Part shown: positions 8,387 through 19,600 of the stretch, in pieces
Layout: every line of letters begins with the position of its first letter
Numbering within the stretch: position 1 is the stretch's first letter
DNA from: a virus
Lineage: Duplodnaviria > Caudoviricetes
Virus record (IMG/VR): IMGVR_UViG_3300008267_000209
Coordinates: 1 to 39,373 of that record
Length of the DNA: 39,373 bases
Strand: one strand, 5' to 3'
Notes under the pieces: model-generated
The model's input: only the letters and a program-made list of their open reading frames with translations
What the model was told of the DNA's origin: nothing
The model's database searches: none
Program-made: the position numbers and the translations under genes

Positions 8387-9055
8387 ATGAAGGAACCAAA
8401 TCGTGTGCGTAAAAACGAAATCAAGGCAATTAGTGCATTACAGTTAAATGAAGAACAAAAAGAAGCAAAGCGATTAATTGTAGAAAACCAAGTAGTAGTA
8501 GTTACAGGCAGAGCAGGAAGTGGTAAATCATTAGTATGCGCTCAAGCTGCTTTAGATTTTCTTAAGAAAAAACAAATTAGTTGTATTTACAATACACGAG
8601 CAGCAATTGAAGTAGGCAAATCCCTAGGATACCTCCCAGGAGCATTAAATGAAAAATTTGATCCTTATATGGAGGCACTTGTTGAGAATCTTAATAAATG
8701 TTGTTCAAACAAAAATGAAGTACCCGAACTTCTCCAGGAAGAAAAAATTAAAGCGTTACCAGTACAATTTATTCGTGGTAAAACAATCGATGATATATTA
8801 ATAGTAGAAGAAGCACAAAACCTAACCAAAGGTGAAATGTTAGCAATATTAACACGTTTAGGAAAAACCGGCAAAATTGTTATCAATGGTGACAACGAAC
8901 AAACTGATATAAAATCATCTACAGGCGAAATAAACGGTTTAAGTTATGTTATCGAATTATCTAAAAAAATTGAAGAAATCAAGTGGATTAAACTGAAAGA
9001 AAACCACAGATCAGATCTAGTCGGGAAGATACTTGAATACGAATATGGAAAGTAG
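8387..9055 (+). CDS. phoH: PhoH-like ATPase
   Basis: Walker A GRAGSGKS, LGYLPG..EKFDPY, FIRGKT, EEAQN, LTRLG, GDNEQTD, HRSDLV. Confidence 0.92.
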   Translation: MKEPNRVRKNEIKAISALQLNEEQKEAKRLIVENQVVVVTGRAGSGKSLVCAQAALDFLKKKQISCIYNTRAAIEVGKSLGYLPGALNEKFDPYMEALVENLNKCCSNKNEVPELLQEEKIKALPVQFIRGKTIDDILIVEEAQNLTKGEMLAILTRLGKTGKIVINGDNEQTDIKSSTGEINGLSYVIELSKKIEEIKWIKLKENHRSDLVGKILEYEYGK

Positions 9056-9057
9056 TT

Positions 9058-9065
9058 ATATTTAT
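9058..9065 (+). promoter_or_regulatory. ATATTTAT putative late promoter element (neck gene)
   Basis: Exact motif ending 22 nt before the ATG at 9088. Confidence 0.6.
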
Positions 9066-9087
9066 ACGTGTTAAATACTACTTATAA

Positions 9088-10755
9088 ATGGCAATTAATC
9101 TTAAAGATCTTTACGATACATATTTCGGAAATACATCATATTTAAGCCCAGTAAAAGGTAATACTCCTTTTGAGTATTATACTAATGATCCTGAGTTTGT
9201 TAGAGATGCTAAAAGCTGTGCTAAATTTGTAGCACAACGTTTAGGCATTTCTGGTCCCTTATATAATGTATCTACAGGAAATTATGTAGCTAGTCCTGCT
9301 CAACTTAATATTAGTGATCTTACAGTATATGCTGCTTTTGAAGAAGCAGTTACCACTTATGGTAATATGGTTTACCAATTTAAAATTAGGGATAACTACA
9401 TCAACATAGAAGGATCTGATTCATTACCATTTAACAACTCAGAAATTACTTTTGTAGATAGTATTGATGTTAATTCTCCTGTAAGTTGGTCTGGTCCTAG
9501 ATTATCAACATGGGAAGAAATTGGTTATAATCCTGCTTACTCTCAATCAATTGTTGATGGAGAAATATATGCTCTTTCTGCCTCATTATCGGATTTTATA
9601 GCACTTGATCAAAAACAAATTAAATCATTAACTTTTGCTACTGAATACTTAGATAAAAGTCTTAATATAGTATTAGATTTAAGTACATATGTTTATAATC
9701 AATTTAACCAAATTGGAGGATATACAACAGGATCAGGTACAACTCAAGATCCTTATGTTATTACAACTACTGGTAGTTATGTTTACACTTACGTAACCTC
9801 TCCTCAAATTGCAGGAGGATCAGCAGTATTTGGAACTGGATCTATTCCAACAGTTTATATACAAGATAGCAATGCTCCTGCTTTAAATAATAGATTAATT
9901 AGTAATAATTTAGCTAATTTAACCACTACTATTGCTGATGACTATGCTTCAGAAGCAGGTGTTGGAGGAAAATATGATATAAAAACAGGTTCACTTGCAA
10001 TGACAGCAGGAGTTCAAGATTATGACCTAAATGCTTGGGCCGCTGATTCTGCATCATTAACTCCTGGAGATAAAATTGAGATTAGAAGAATATTCTATGA
10101 AGAACCACCTGCTATTGTAAGATATTTTGATCCATATGCTGGTACAGGTACTGGTATTCAATCATTACTTGAAACATTTGGATTTGGTCAGTTTTCTCCT
10201 GGCATTAACTTCTTATTGATGCCAATTCATTTTGATGTTCAAAAAATTCAAGCAATTGAATTTAATGATCAAATTAGAAAAGCAGCTTATTCATTTAATT
10301 TAGTAAATAATAAGTTAAAAATATTTCCTATTCCTGATAGAGATAAAAATCTATTTTTTGAATATGTTACTTATAGCAATAAATTTGGTGCTATAAAAGA
10401 TACTAGAAATAATGTTGTAACAGATGTAATGAATACTCCTTTTAGAAATCCATTATATTCTAAAATTAATACTGTAGGTAGAACTTGGATATTCAAATAT
10501 ACTTTAGCATTATGTCGTGAAATAGAAGCTCACATTCGCATTCAGTTTGCTAATCTCAACATTCAAGGAGTAGGACCACTTCAAGGTAGTGAAATGATTA
10601 CAGATGCTAGAACTGAAAAAGAAAATTTATTAACTGAACTAAAGGAAATGCTAAATGAAACATCAAGAAAGGGCCAATTAGAGCGTAAACAGCTTGAATC
10701 TGGCTTTACTCGTGATACTTTACAACAAATTCCTTTACCAATTTTTATATTCTAA
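9088..10755 (+). CDS. Neck protein, gp13-like, with a large insertion
   Basis: AQRLG near the N-terminus, KLKIFPIP, WIFKYTLALCRE, C-terminal PLPIFIF, and position after MCP; Thr/Ser-rich insertion in the N-terminal half. Confidence 0.7.
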   Translation: MAINLKDLYDTYFGNTSYLSPVKGNTPFEYYTNDPEFVRDAKSCAKFVAQRLGISGPLYNVSTGNYVASPAQLNISDLTVYAAFEEAVTTYGNMVYQFKIRDNYINIEGSDSLPFNNSEITFVDSIDVNSPVSWSGPRLSTWEEIGYNPAYSQSIVDGEIYALSASLSDFIALDQKQIKSLTFATEYLDKSLNIVLDLSTYVYNQFNQIGGYTTGSGTTQDPYVITTTGSYVYTYVTSPQIAGGSAVFGTGSIPTVYIQDSNAPALNNRLISNNLANLTTTIADDYASEAGVGGKYDIKTGSLAMTAGVQDYDLNAWAADSASLTPGDKIEIRRIFYEEPPAIVRYFDPYAGTGTGIQSLLETFGFGQFSPGINFLLMPIHFDVQKIQAIEFNDQIRKAAYSFNLVNNKLKIFPIPDRDKNLFFEYVTYSNKFGAIKDTRNNVVTDVMNTPFRNPLYSKINTVGRTWIFKYTLALCREIEAHIRIQFANLNIQGVGPLQGSEMITDARTEKENLLTELKEMLNETSRKGQLERKQLESGFTRDTLQQIPLPIFIF

Positions 10756-11360
10756 TGGGAGGAATAGTAAAATATCCACCAATTGCAGGAGGAGGAGGAA
10801 ATCCTTATCCAACACCTCTGCCTACTCCTCCCCCAGTGCCACCCCCAGCACCACCCTTTCCAACAGGGTCTAGCAATCCACCTACTGGTTCAGTTAGTCC
10901 TAATCCTGTAATAGAGGAAACAGTACAAACTCAAATTAATTATTCCAACATGATTGTTGGTTATTTTAAAATTGATTTGTACAAAACTATGACTAATATG
11001 TATGGTGAATCTGTAGAAAAGTGGTATTATCCTCCTGTAGAAGTAAAATGTTTGATAGATAGAGGAGATTATATCTATACAGATACAGAATATGGACCTG
11101 ATATAAATCAAACTTTAAAAATAACTATACCAAAACTAAATATAGACACTGCAGGACTAAATTTCAACCCAGAAGTAGGAGATATAGTAACTGATCAAGA
11201 AAGATATTATGAAGTTCATAGTGTTAATAGATCAATAATAACATTACCTGGTAATCAAACTAATTCAACTGAAAATGGTACTCCGGGTCATACAATATTA
11301 TATGTATTAGAAGCTCATTTAACAAGAACAACAAGACTTAACTTAATTCAATATAGCTAA
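10755..11360 (+). CDS. Head completion/neck protein, gp14-like, with Pro-rich N-terminus
   Basis: NMYGES..K.YYPPVEVKCLI, PEVGDIV..ERYYEV; coupled to the upstream gene (TAATG). Confidence 0.6.
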   Translation: MGGIVKYPPIAGGGGNPYPTPLPTPPPVPPPAPPFPTGSSNPPTGSVSPNPVIEETVQTQINYSNMIVGYFKIDLYKTMTNMYGESVEKWYYPPVEVKCLIDRGDYIYTDTEYGPDINQTLKITIPKLNIDTAGLNFNPEVGDIVTDQERYYEVHSVNRSIITLPGNQTNSTENGTPGHTILYVLEAHLTRTTRLNLIQYS

Positions 11361-11701
11361 TGGGATTATTAGGTAAAATATTATTAAACGAAGGTATCAC
11401 AATTTTTAGATGTGATGTTCTTATTAAAACTGAAGCCGAACAAAATAAGGTAGAAGTTTATAATGAAATTAGAGCACTAGAAGGAATTGTTGTTGTAACT
11501 ATTGAACAAAGTGACTTTTTAGATGCTAAAGCAACTGATAAGTACGAATATTCTTTACTTAAAGTAAAATATATTGGTAGAGGAGATGCAAAATCATCAA
11601 TTAAAGATATTGGTATAAATGCTGTAACTAAAAACAGAGTTCCTGGTTTATTACAATTTATACCTCGCTATAATACAATTATTAAAGTTGGATCATATTA
11701 A
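11360..11701 (+). CDS. Hypothetical protein
   Basis: 113-aa coupled ORF; N-terminal LLGKILLNE. Confidence 0.7.
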   Translation: MGLLGKILLNEGITIFRCDVLIKTEAEQNKVEVYNEIRALEGIVVVTIEQSDFLDAKATDKYEYSLLKVKYIGRGDAKSSIKDIGINAVTKNRVPGLLQFIPRYNTIIKVGSY

Positions 11702-11711
11702 TATTAATAAA

Positions 11712-12098
11712 ATGAAATTAGTAGACATTTTAAAGGAATTAGAAAAACCAAAGAAAATATACGCTGATAGAGAACCTGGTAAAGAAATTACTATAGCTGA
11801 TTTAACTCCTGAAGAGCGTGATGAGCTATTTAAAAAGGGATCTATTATGATTAATATTCCTAAAGATCCATCACGCCCTGAAATCACTAGTGCGTCTCAA
11901 GTAATTAACTTACCTAAAATGGATCAAGTAAAAAGAGATGTAATTCAAAATAAAAGAGAATTTGATGTATTTCTTTATTCTCCTGATAACGATATTAAAA
12001 CAATAGCAAAGGAAATTAATAAGCTTCATAATCAATTATTCAGAGCATTAACTGCTCTAGATAAAACAATTGATCTTAAAAAAAGAGGTAGAATATAA
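11712..12098 (+). CDS. Hypothetical protein (likely start MKLVDILKE at 11712)
   Basis: Second ATG has an A-rich leader and avoids overlap with the upstream gene; TAATG coupling downstream. Confidence 0.65.
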   Translation: MKLVDILKELEKPKKIYADREPGKEITIADLTPEERDELFKKGSIMINIPKDPSRPEITSASQVINLPKMDQVKRDVIQNKREFDVFLYSPDNDIKTIAKEINKLHNQLFRALTALDKTIDLKKRGRI

Positions 12099-13351
12099 TG
12101 AGGGATAGAAAACCCATACCAAAAAACCAAGCTGAAATAGTACAAGATACTATTAATCCTTATCTTAATCAGGGTAAGCCTGTTAGTCAAAATGTATTTA
12201 CTCATCGTAATAATAGAGCACTAAATACTTCTCGTAAAAATGATAATATAAAGGATATTTCTATTGGTTTAGAGGATATTGATTATGCTATTAAATATTA
12301 TTTTGAAACTTCTATTTTACCAACAGTAGTACAAGATGGAAATAGAATAGCTGTTCCTATTATATATGGTTCTCCTGAACGTTGGAAATCAGTTCAAGCA
12401 GATGGTTATTATAGAGACACTAATGGTAAATTAGTAGTACCTCTTATAATGTACAAAAGAACTAATATTGAAAAAAATAGAAATTTAGGTAATAAAATAG
12501 ATGGTAATCTTGCCTCATTATTTCAAACATTTGAAACTAGATATAATCAAAAAAATCAATATGATAAATTTTCTATTTTAAATAATAGAGTCCCATCAAA
12601 ACAATACTATGTATCTGTAGTTCCAGATTATGTTACTGTAACATATGATTGCATTATATTTACAAACTATGTAGAACAAAATAATAAAATAATTGAATCA
12701 ATAGAATTTGCTGCTGATTCATATTGGGGAGATAAGAGTAGATATCAATTTAGAACAATGATTGATAGTTTTGCTACTACTAACATCATTAATACTGGTG
12801 AAGATAGAGTAGTAACTACTAATATTACTTTAAAAGTAAATGGATATTTAATTCCAAATACTGTTAATCAACATTTAGCAGACACTAATTTACATTATTC
12901 ACCTGCTCAAATTGTATTTACATTTGAAACCACTGACAGCTCAGAAATACTTAGCTCAGCAGCTTCTAAAGCCGCTCCTAAAACAGCAATGGGTGGAGCA
13001 TCAGCTGTAGATTCTTATAATGTAAATGTGACTACTCAACAAACTGTAAATATTGATACAACTGTATTAACATATTTAGAAACAAATACAACAAAATATG
13101 CTTCTTCTGGTAATATAACAGCAAATACAGCTGTATTTAATGGATCTTTCTTAACAGCACCATCACCACTCCCGGCTACTTCCGCTGCTAACTTTACATT
13201 CTTTGTAAATGGCCAACTAGTAGATTCTAATTCAGTAACTAGTTTTGTAGATAATGGAAACGGAACATGTACATTAACTGTTAATGTTGCTAATTTACAA
13301 TACACCTTTATATCATCAGATCAAATAGTAGCAATAGGAAAATTCGCATAA
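12098..13351 (+). CDS. Tail completion/sheath stabiliser, gp15-like, with C-terminal extension
   Basis: VPIIYGSPERW, VPDYVTVTYDCIIFTNYVEQNNKIIE, ITLKVNGYL; ~130-aa Thr/Asn-rich C-terminal domain. Confidence 0.6.
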   Translation: MRDRKPIPKNQAEIVQDTINPYLNQGKPVSQNVFTHRNNRALNTSRKNDNIKDISIGLEDIDYAIKYYFETSILPTVVQDGNRIAVPIIYGSPERWKSVQADGYYRDTNGKLVVPLIMYKRTNIEKNRNLGNKIDGNLASLFQTFETRYNQKNQYDKFSILNNRVPSKQYYVSVVPDYVTVTYDCIIFTNYVEQNNKIIESIEFAADSYWGDKSRYQFRTMIDSFATTNIINTGEDRVVTTNITLKVNGYLIPNTVNQHLADTNLHYSPAQIVFTFETTDSSEILSSAASKAAPKTAMGGASAVDSYNVNVTTQQTVNIDTTVLTYLETNTTKYASSGNITANTAVFNGSFLTAPSPLPATSAANFTFFVNGQLVDSNSVTSFVDNGNGTCTLTVNVANLQYTFISSDQIVAIGKFA

Positions 13352-13352
13352 A

Positions 13353-13565
13353 ATGGCTAGACTAAGATTAGAGCAGATATTATCAAATATGACTTTTAAC
13401 ACAGGTTCAAATCAACTTACTATTAGTGGTAGTGAAAATGCCTTAATTATATCTGGTTCTACAGTTGTTGTTTCTTCTGATGTTACAGGCTCACTTACTA
13501 TTCAAAATATTGATTCATTTGGTGATAGTGGTAGCTTCTTTACACTCGACTTAGGGGACTATTAA
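13353..13565 (+). CDS. Small virion-associated protein
   Basis: 70 aa with five [ST]GS motifs and C-terminal LDLGDY. Confidence 0.65.
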   Translation: MARLRLEQILSNMTFNTGSNQLTISGSENALIISGSTVVVSSDVTGSLTIQNIDSFGDSGSFFTLDLGDY

Positions 13566-13612
13566 TATTTATTAGCGGCTATATATATAGCTTTCATCGT
13601 TAGTATATACTA
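13565..13612 (+). promoter_or_regulatory. ATATTTAT motif followed by two palindromes
   Basis: Motif 13565-13572; GCTATATATATAGC 13578-13591; TAGTATATACTA 13601-13612. Confidence 0.5.
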
Positions 13613-13614
13613 GT

Positions 13615-16600
13615 ATGTCAAATCAATTTCTTAAATTACGCCGCTCTGCGGTGCCTGGGAAAATCCCAACTACTTCTTCTCTTGAATATGGAGAAATAGC
13701 TTTAAATACATACGACGGTTTGGCTTTTATAAAAAAGTCAGGGTCTAACGGTGAAGAAATAATTGCAATTGGTTCTGGAGTCTCAGGTTCATTTACAGGT
13801 TCATTATTTGGTACTGCTAGTTGGGCAAATAATGCTACAACATCTTCTTATGCTTTTAATGCAACAAGTGCTTCTTATGCATTAAATTCTACAAGTGCTT
13901 CCTATTCTATAATAGCAATGAGTGCATCTTATGCTTTTAATGCAACGAGTGCATCATATGCTTTATCTTCGTCTTATGCGTCCACTGCTTCTCTTGCTAC
14001 AAGTGGAAATGGATCATTTACTGGCTCTTTTAGTGGTTCATTATATAATCTTAAAGGCACAGTATCTCATATTCCCTATTTTAGCCAATCTCAAGTACTA
14101 GATGATAGTACTATGTTTCAAGTAGATAATGGAGGGGGAGCATTTAGTATAGCACTTAATCAAAATGGAGTATCAGGATTAGCACCTGAAGCATTATTCG
14201 TTTATCAACCAAGTGCTACTTCATACAATGTAATTAGTGGTAAAGGTAATTTAAATAACTATTTACAGCTTAATATTCAAAATGAAAATAATGGAGCAAA
14301 TGCATCATCAGATATAGTTGCTACTGCTAATAATGGTTCAGAAACTACCAACTATATTGATATGGGTATCAATGGAGCTAGCTATACTGGCTTTCTTGGT
14401 GGCCCTAATGATGCTTACATTTATGCTACAGGTAGTAATTTTCATATAGGTAATATTGATCCTAATACACATTTAGGATTTTTTGTAGGTGGTGATGATG
14501 TGATGGGATATAACAAACTTCAACTTAATCCTGATAACCAACATTCAATGACTGGTTCATTAGAAATTAGTGGAAGTTTAATAGTATTAAATGGCATTAC
14601 AGGTTCATTACAAGGTACTGCTAGTTGGGCTTCAAATGCAATAAGTGCTTCGTTTGCTTCAACCGCATCCTCAGCAGATAATTTCTTAGTAAGAGGAACA
14701 TTAACAGCTCAAACAATTGTAGCTCAAGTTATAACATCATCAACTGAGTTTGTAACTGGTTCTACAAAATTTGGTAGTATAATTTCTAACACTCATCAAT
14801 TTACAGGTAGTGTTAGTATAAGTGGAAGTTTAGCAGTTAATAATAGTAGTGTAGTATTAAGCAACCAAACAGGATCAATGTCTGTTTTAAGTGCTTCTTA
14901 TGCTAGTGGATCAACAAGTGCTTCTTATGCTAGTGGATCAACAAGTGCTTCATTTGCAACTAGTGCTTCTCAAGCAGTAACTGCTTCTTATGTTTTAAAT
15001 GCAGTAAGTGCTTCTTTTGCTTCAAGTGCCTCTACTGCTGTATCATCTTCATATGCTATAAGTGCATCACAAGCACAAAACGCAGTAACCGCTTCTTATC
15101 TTAGTGGGTATGTATCACCTTTCCCCTATACAGGCTCTGCTCAAATTACAGGATCATTAGGTGTAACTGGTTCAGTTAGTATATCAGGAAGTACTGGGGC
15201 TTTGTTTTCAGCTAATATAGATACAATTTCATTTACAGGTTCTTTTTCACAATCTGGGTCTTTAACAGTATCTGGTAGTATAAATGTAACAAGTGGAGTT
15301 ACAGGATCTTTATTTGGAACATCAAGTTGGGCTAATAATGCAACAACTTCTTCTTATGCCTCTAGTTCAACTAGTGCTTCATACGCTTCTACAGCTTCAT
15401 TTGCAATAACTGCCCAAACAGCATCTTATATTTTAAATGCTGTTAGTGCATCATATGCTTTAAGTGCATCAAATGCACAAACAGCATCATCTGCTGATAA
15501 CTTTTTAGTAAGAGGTACTCTTACAGCTCAAACAATAGTAGCTCAAACAATAACCTCTTCAACTGAATATATAACAGGTTCTACTCAGTTTGGTAGTTTA
15601 CTTTCAAATACTCATCAGTTTACTGGTAGTGTTTCTATAACTGGTAGTTTAGTAGTTAATGATAGTAGTGTAGTGTTAAGCAACCAAACAGGATCAATGT
15701 CTGTTTTGAGTGCTTCATACGCTAGTGGATCAACAAGTGCTTCTTATGCTTTAACAGCATCTTATGTATCTGCTTCAAATGTAGTAGGTTTAAATTTATC
15801 TCAAATAGTTACTGGTAGTGTAACAGCTAGCGTTGATATTAATAACAATACATTTAGATTAATTAGTGGTTCTTCTACATTTTTATATGTAAGCAGTAGC
15901 GGAAATGTTGGTGTTGGAACTACAACTCCTACTTATAAACTTGAAGTTAGTGGAAATATAAAAATCCAAACAACTGGTAGTTCTAATTCTTTTGATATTG
16001 CTAATGGATCTAATGCCATTTTTAAAATAACTAATCGAACAACCCACTCAGATTTAAGATTAGCAGATGGAGGATCTGGGGGGCCTGTTTTAATTGGTAC
16101 AAATGGACAATATGGATGGGGTGAAAGCGGCACAGGTTCAGTAGTAATTCATTCAAGTACAGGAGGTTTAGGATCTCATCAAGGAGTTCATAATAATTCT
16201 ATAATTGTAGGATGGAATGGATCTGCAATTACATATAATTCTACTAATACAGTTAGAATAGGAGATATAAATAGTTTACAAAATATTGGAGATTCTGCTA
16301 CAGGAATAGGTGTAGGAAACTGGGGTATTCTTGTAAAAGGAGATGGATCTACTAATCAAATAAGATTAGGAGGTGTATTACCAATAAGTGGAGCAGTAAA
16401 TACTACTACAATAGGAATTGGTTTAACTACATCATTAAGTAATGTAGTAATGCTTGGCTTATCATCTCAAACCACAATGATAGGACAAGGTACTGTTACT
16501 GGTTCTGGAGCTATATTACAAATAGATTCTACTTCAAAAGGATTTCTTCTTTCAAGAATGACTGCTGCTCAAAGAACAGCAATATCATCTCCTGCTCAAG

Positions 16601-19600
16601 GTTTACAAGTATATGATACTGGATCTACTACAGAAGGTATTTGGTATTATGATAGTGGTTCTATAAAAAACTGGACAAGATTATTAAATGATTCCGGAAG
16701 TCAAATTATAAGTGGTAGCCTTTCAGTTACTCAAGGCATTACAAGTTCTTTATTTGGAACTGCAAGTTGGGCTCAAAATGCTTTAACTTCATCTTATGTT
16801 TTAAATGCTATTAGTGCATCATATGCTGTAAATGCAGACACAGCATCATATGTACTTCAAGCAGTAAGTGCTTCTTATGCTAGTAGCTCTACAAGTGCCT
16901 CTTACTCACAAAACAGCACCTCAGCTTCTTATGCTTTAACAGCATCATATGTATCTGCTTCAAACGTAGTAGGTTTAAATTTATCCCAAATAACTACAGG
17001 TAGTGTAACTGCTAGTGTTAATATTGATAGCAATACTTTTAAATTAGTAAGTGGGTCCTCTACATTTTTGTTTGTAAGCAATAGTGGAAATTTTGGTGTT
17101 GGAACTACAACTCCATCATATAAACTTGATGTTAATGGAACCGGTAGATTTAGTGGAGGATTAACTGTAGCAAGTTCTTTACTTTTTACTACTAGCAATA
17201 ATGTACTTATAGCTACTAGTTTTGATAATGATTCTTTAACTTTAAGAGCTGGATCTACCCCAGCATTATCTGCTGCTATTAAATTACAAGCCCGATACTT
17301 AAATCCATCAGGTTATATAAGCTTTCAAGTAGGAGATGGAGTAAGCCTTGCAGAGCAAATGTCTATTTCCCAATCAGGTCAATTTAGACTTAATTCCTAT
17401 ACATCACCTACATCTTTTACAGGATCAGCTGCAGGTTATTTAGCATTTGATTCTACTGGTAGTATTTTAACTACTAATGCTTTAACAGCTTCTTTATTAG
17501 GAACTGCTAGTTGGGCTAATAACGCTACTACTGCTTCTTATTCATTAAATACTACAAGTGCCTCCTATTCATTAAACAGTACTTCTGCATCATATGCACT
17601 ACAAGCAACAAATGCAGACACAGCATCATATGTTTTACAAGCAATTTCTGCTTCATATGCTTCTGCTTCTACAAGTGCTTCTTATGCACTGAGTGCTTCA
17701 TACGCTGCTAATGCTACAACTGCTTCTTATGTTTTACAAGCTATAAGTTCATCATTTGCATCAACAGCATCTTCAGCAGACGATTTCTTAGTAAGAGGTA
17801 CATTAACTGCTCAAACGATTGTAGCACAAATTATTACTTCATCTACTGATTTTGTTACTGGTTCAACTCGTTTTGGAAGTAATTTAACAAATACTCATCA
17901 ATTTACAGGTAGTGTTTCAATAACAGGTTCTTTAGTAGTTAATAATAGTAATGTAATCTTAACTAATCAGACATCTTCAATGTCTGTATTAAGTGCTAGT
18001 TATGCTAATACAGCATCTTATGCTAATAACTCTACAACTGCATCTTATGCCTCAGTTGCTACAAGTGCTTCATATGCGTTAAATGCAACAACTGCATCTT
18101 ATGCTGTAAGTTCATCTCAAGCTCAAAATGCAACAACTGCATCTTATGCTTTAGCTGCTACATCAGCATCATATTCAAATAATTCAACTTCAGCATCATA
18201 TGCTTCTGCTTCTACTAGTGCATCTTATGCCTTAAATAGCACCTCAGCATCTTATGCTCAAACAGCATCTTATGCTACAAATATTACAATATCAGGATCA
18301 ATCAATAATATTGATTATATTGATTTTGATACTACAGCTAGTTTTGCTGATGCTATAGGAAGATTAGGATATAATAGTGGAGAGGGAACATTACAATTTG
18401 GTTTAGCTGGAGGTAATGTTACTTTGAACATTGGAGAAGACCTTTATCAGTACGTTTATAATGCTGAGACAGCTTCAATGACTAAAGGTCAAGTAGTATT
18501 CATTTCAGGATCTCAAGGTAATAGAATAGCTGTTAAATTAGCATCAGCTACTAATGAATATGGTTCAGCAAATACCCTTGGTTTTGTAGCTGAAACTATT
18601 GCTGCTGGTGCTGAAGGATGGGTAATGACTGAAGGTAATTTAAGAAAATTAAATACTATTGGATTAATAGGTGGAGAATTACTTTATCTAGGTACAACAC
18701 CAGGAACATATACCCAAACATCTCCTATAGCACCAAACCACGGAGTGAGATTAGGATATGCTGAAAGAATAGATGCTACTATAGGTTCAATTTATGTAAA
18801 AATAGATAATGGATATGAATTAGGAGAATTACATAACGTAATTGATAATTCAAATACAGGATCATTTGGAGATTTATTTATTAAGAGTGGTAGTGTTTGG
18901 ATTAATTCAAAACAACTTACTGGCTCTTATGGGTTAACAGGTTCATTGATAGCAACTTCAATTACTGCTACTAGTATTACTGGTTCACTATTTGGTACTG
19001 CTTCTTGGGCGAACAATGCAATAACATCATCTTATGCTTTAAATTCAACTAGTGCCTCTTATGCATTAAGTTCATCTTATGCTGCAAACGCAGACCTATT
19101 AGATGGTAAAGATAGTACCATATTTGCAACTACAGGTTCAAACATTTTTAAAGGAAACCAAACAGTAACTGGTAGTTTATTTACTAGTGGTTCTAATACA
19201 TTAATAGGAACTACTACATTAACAGGTAGTTTACTAGTAAGTGGATCTACTACTCAAACAGGAAATAATACTTTAATAGGTAATACCACATTATCAGGTA
19301 GTATTACAATTTCAGGCTCTAATGGACCTGGCTCAACTACAGCATCTGTACAAATATATGGTGATATTAGGCAATCAGGGTATCATAGATTTGATCCTGT
19401 ATCAACAAATATAGATACTTCAATATCTGCCTCTTACATTTATGTAAGTGGATCTACAAATGATTTATACTTTAGTCAAAATGGTGCTGGGTATGCTAAT
19501 ACAACTCGTTTACGTTGGTTAGAAGGTAATTTATATACTGGTTTATTAAATGGTGGTTTAATTACTACACAGTCTTCTACTGTTTATAGGGTATCAAGCG

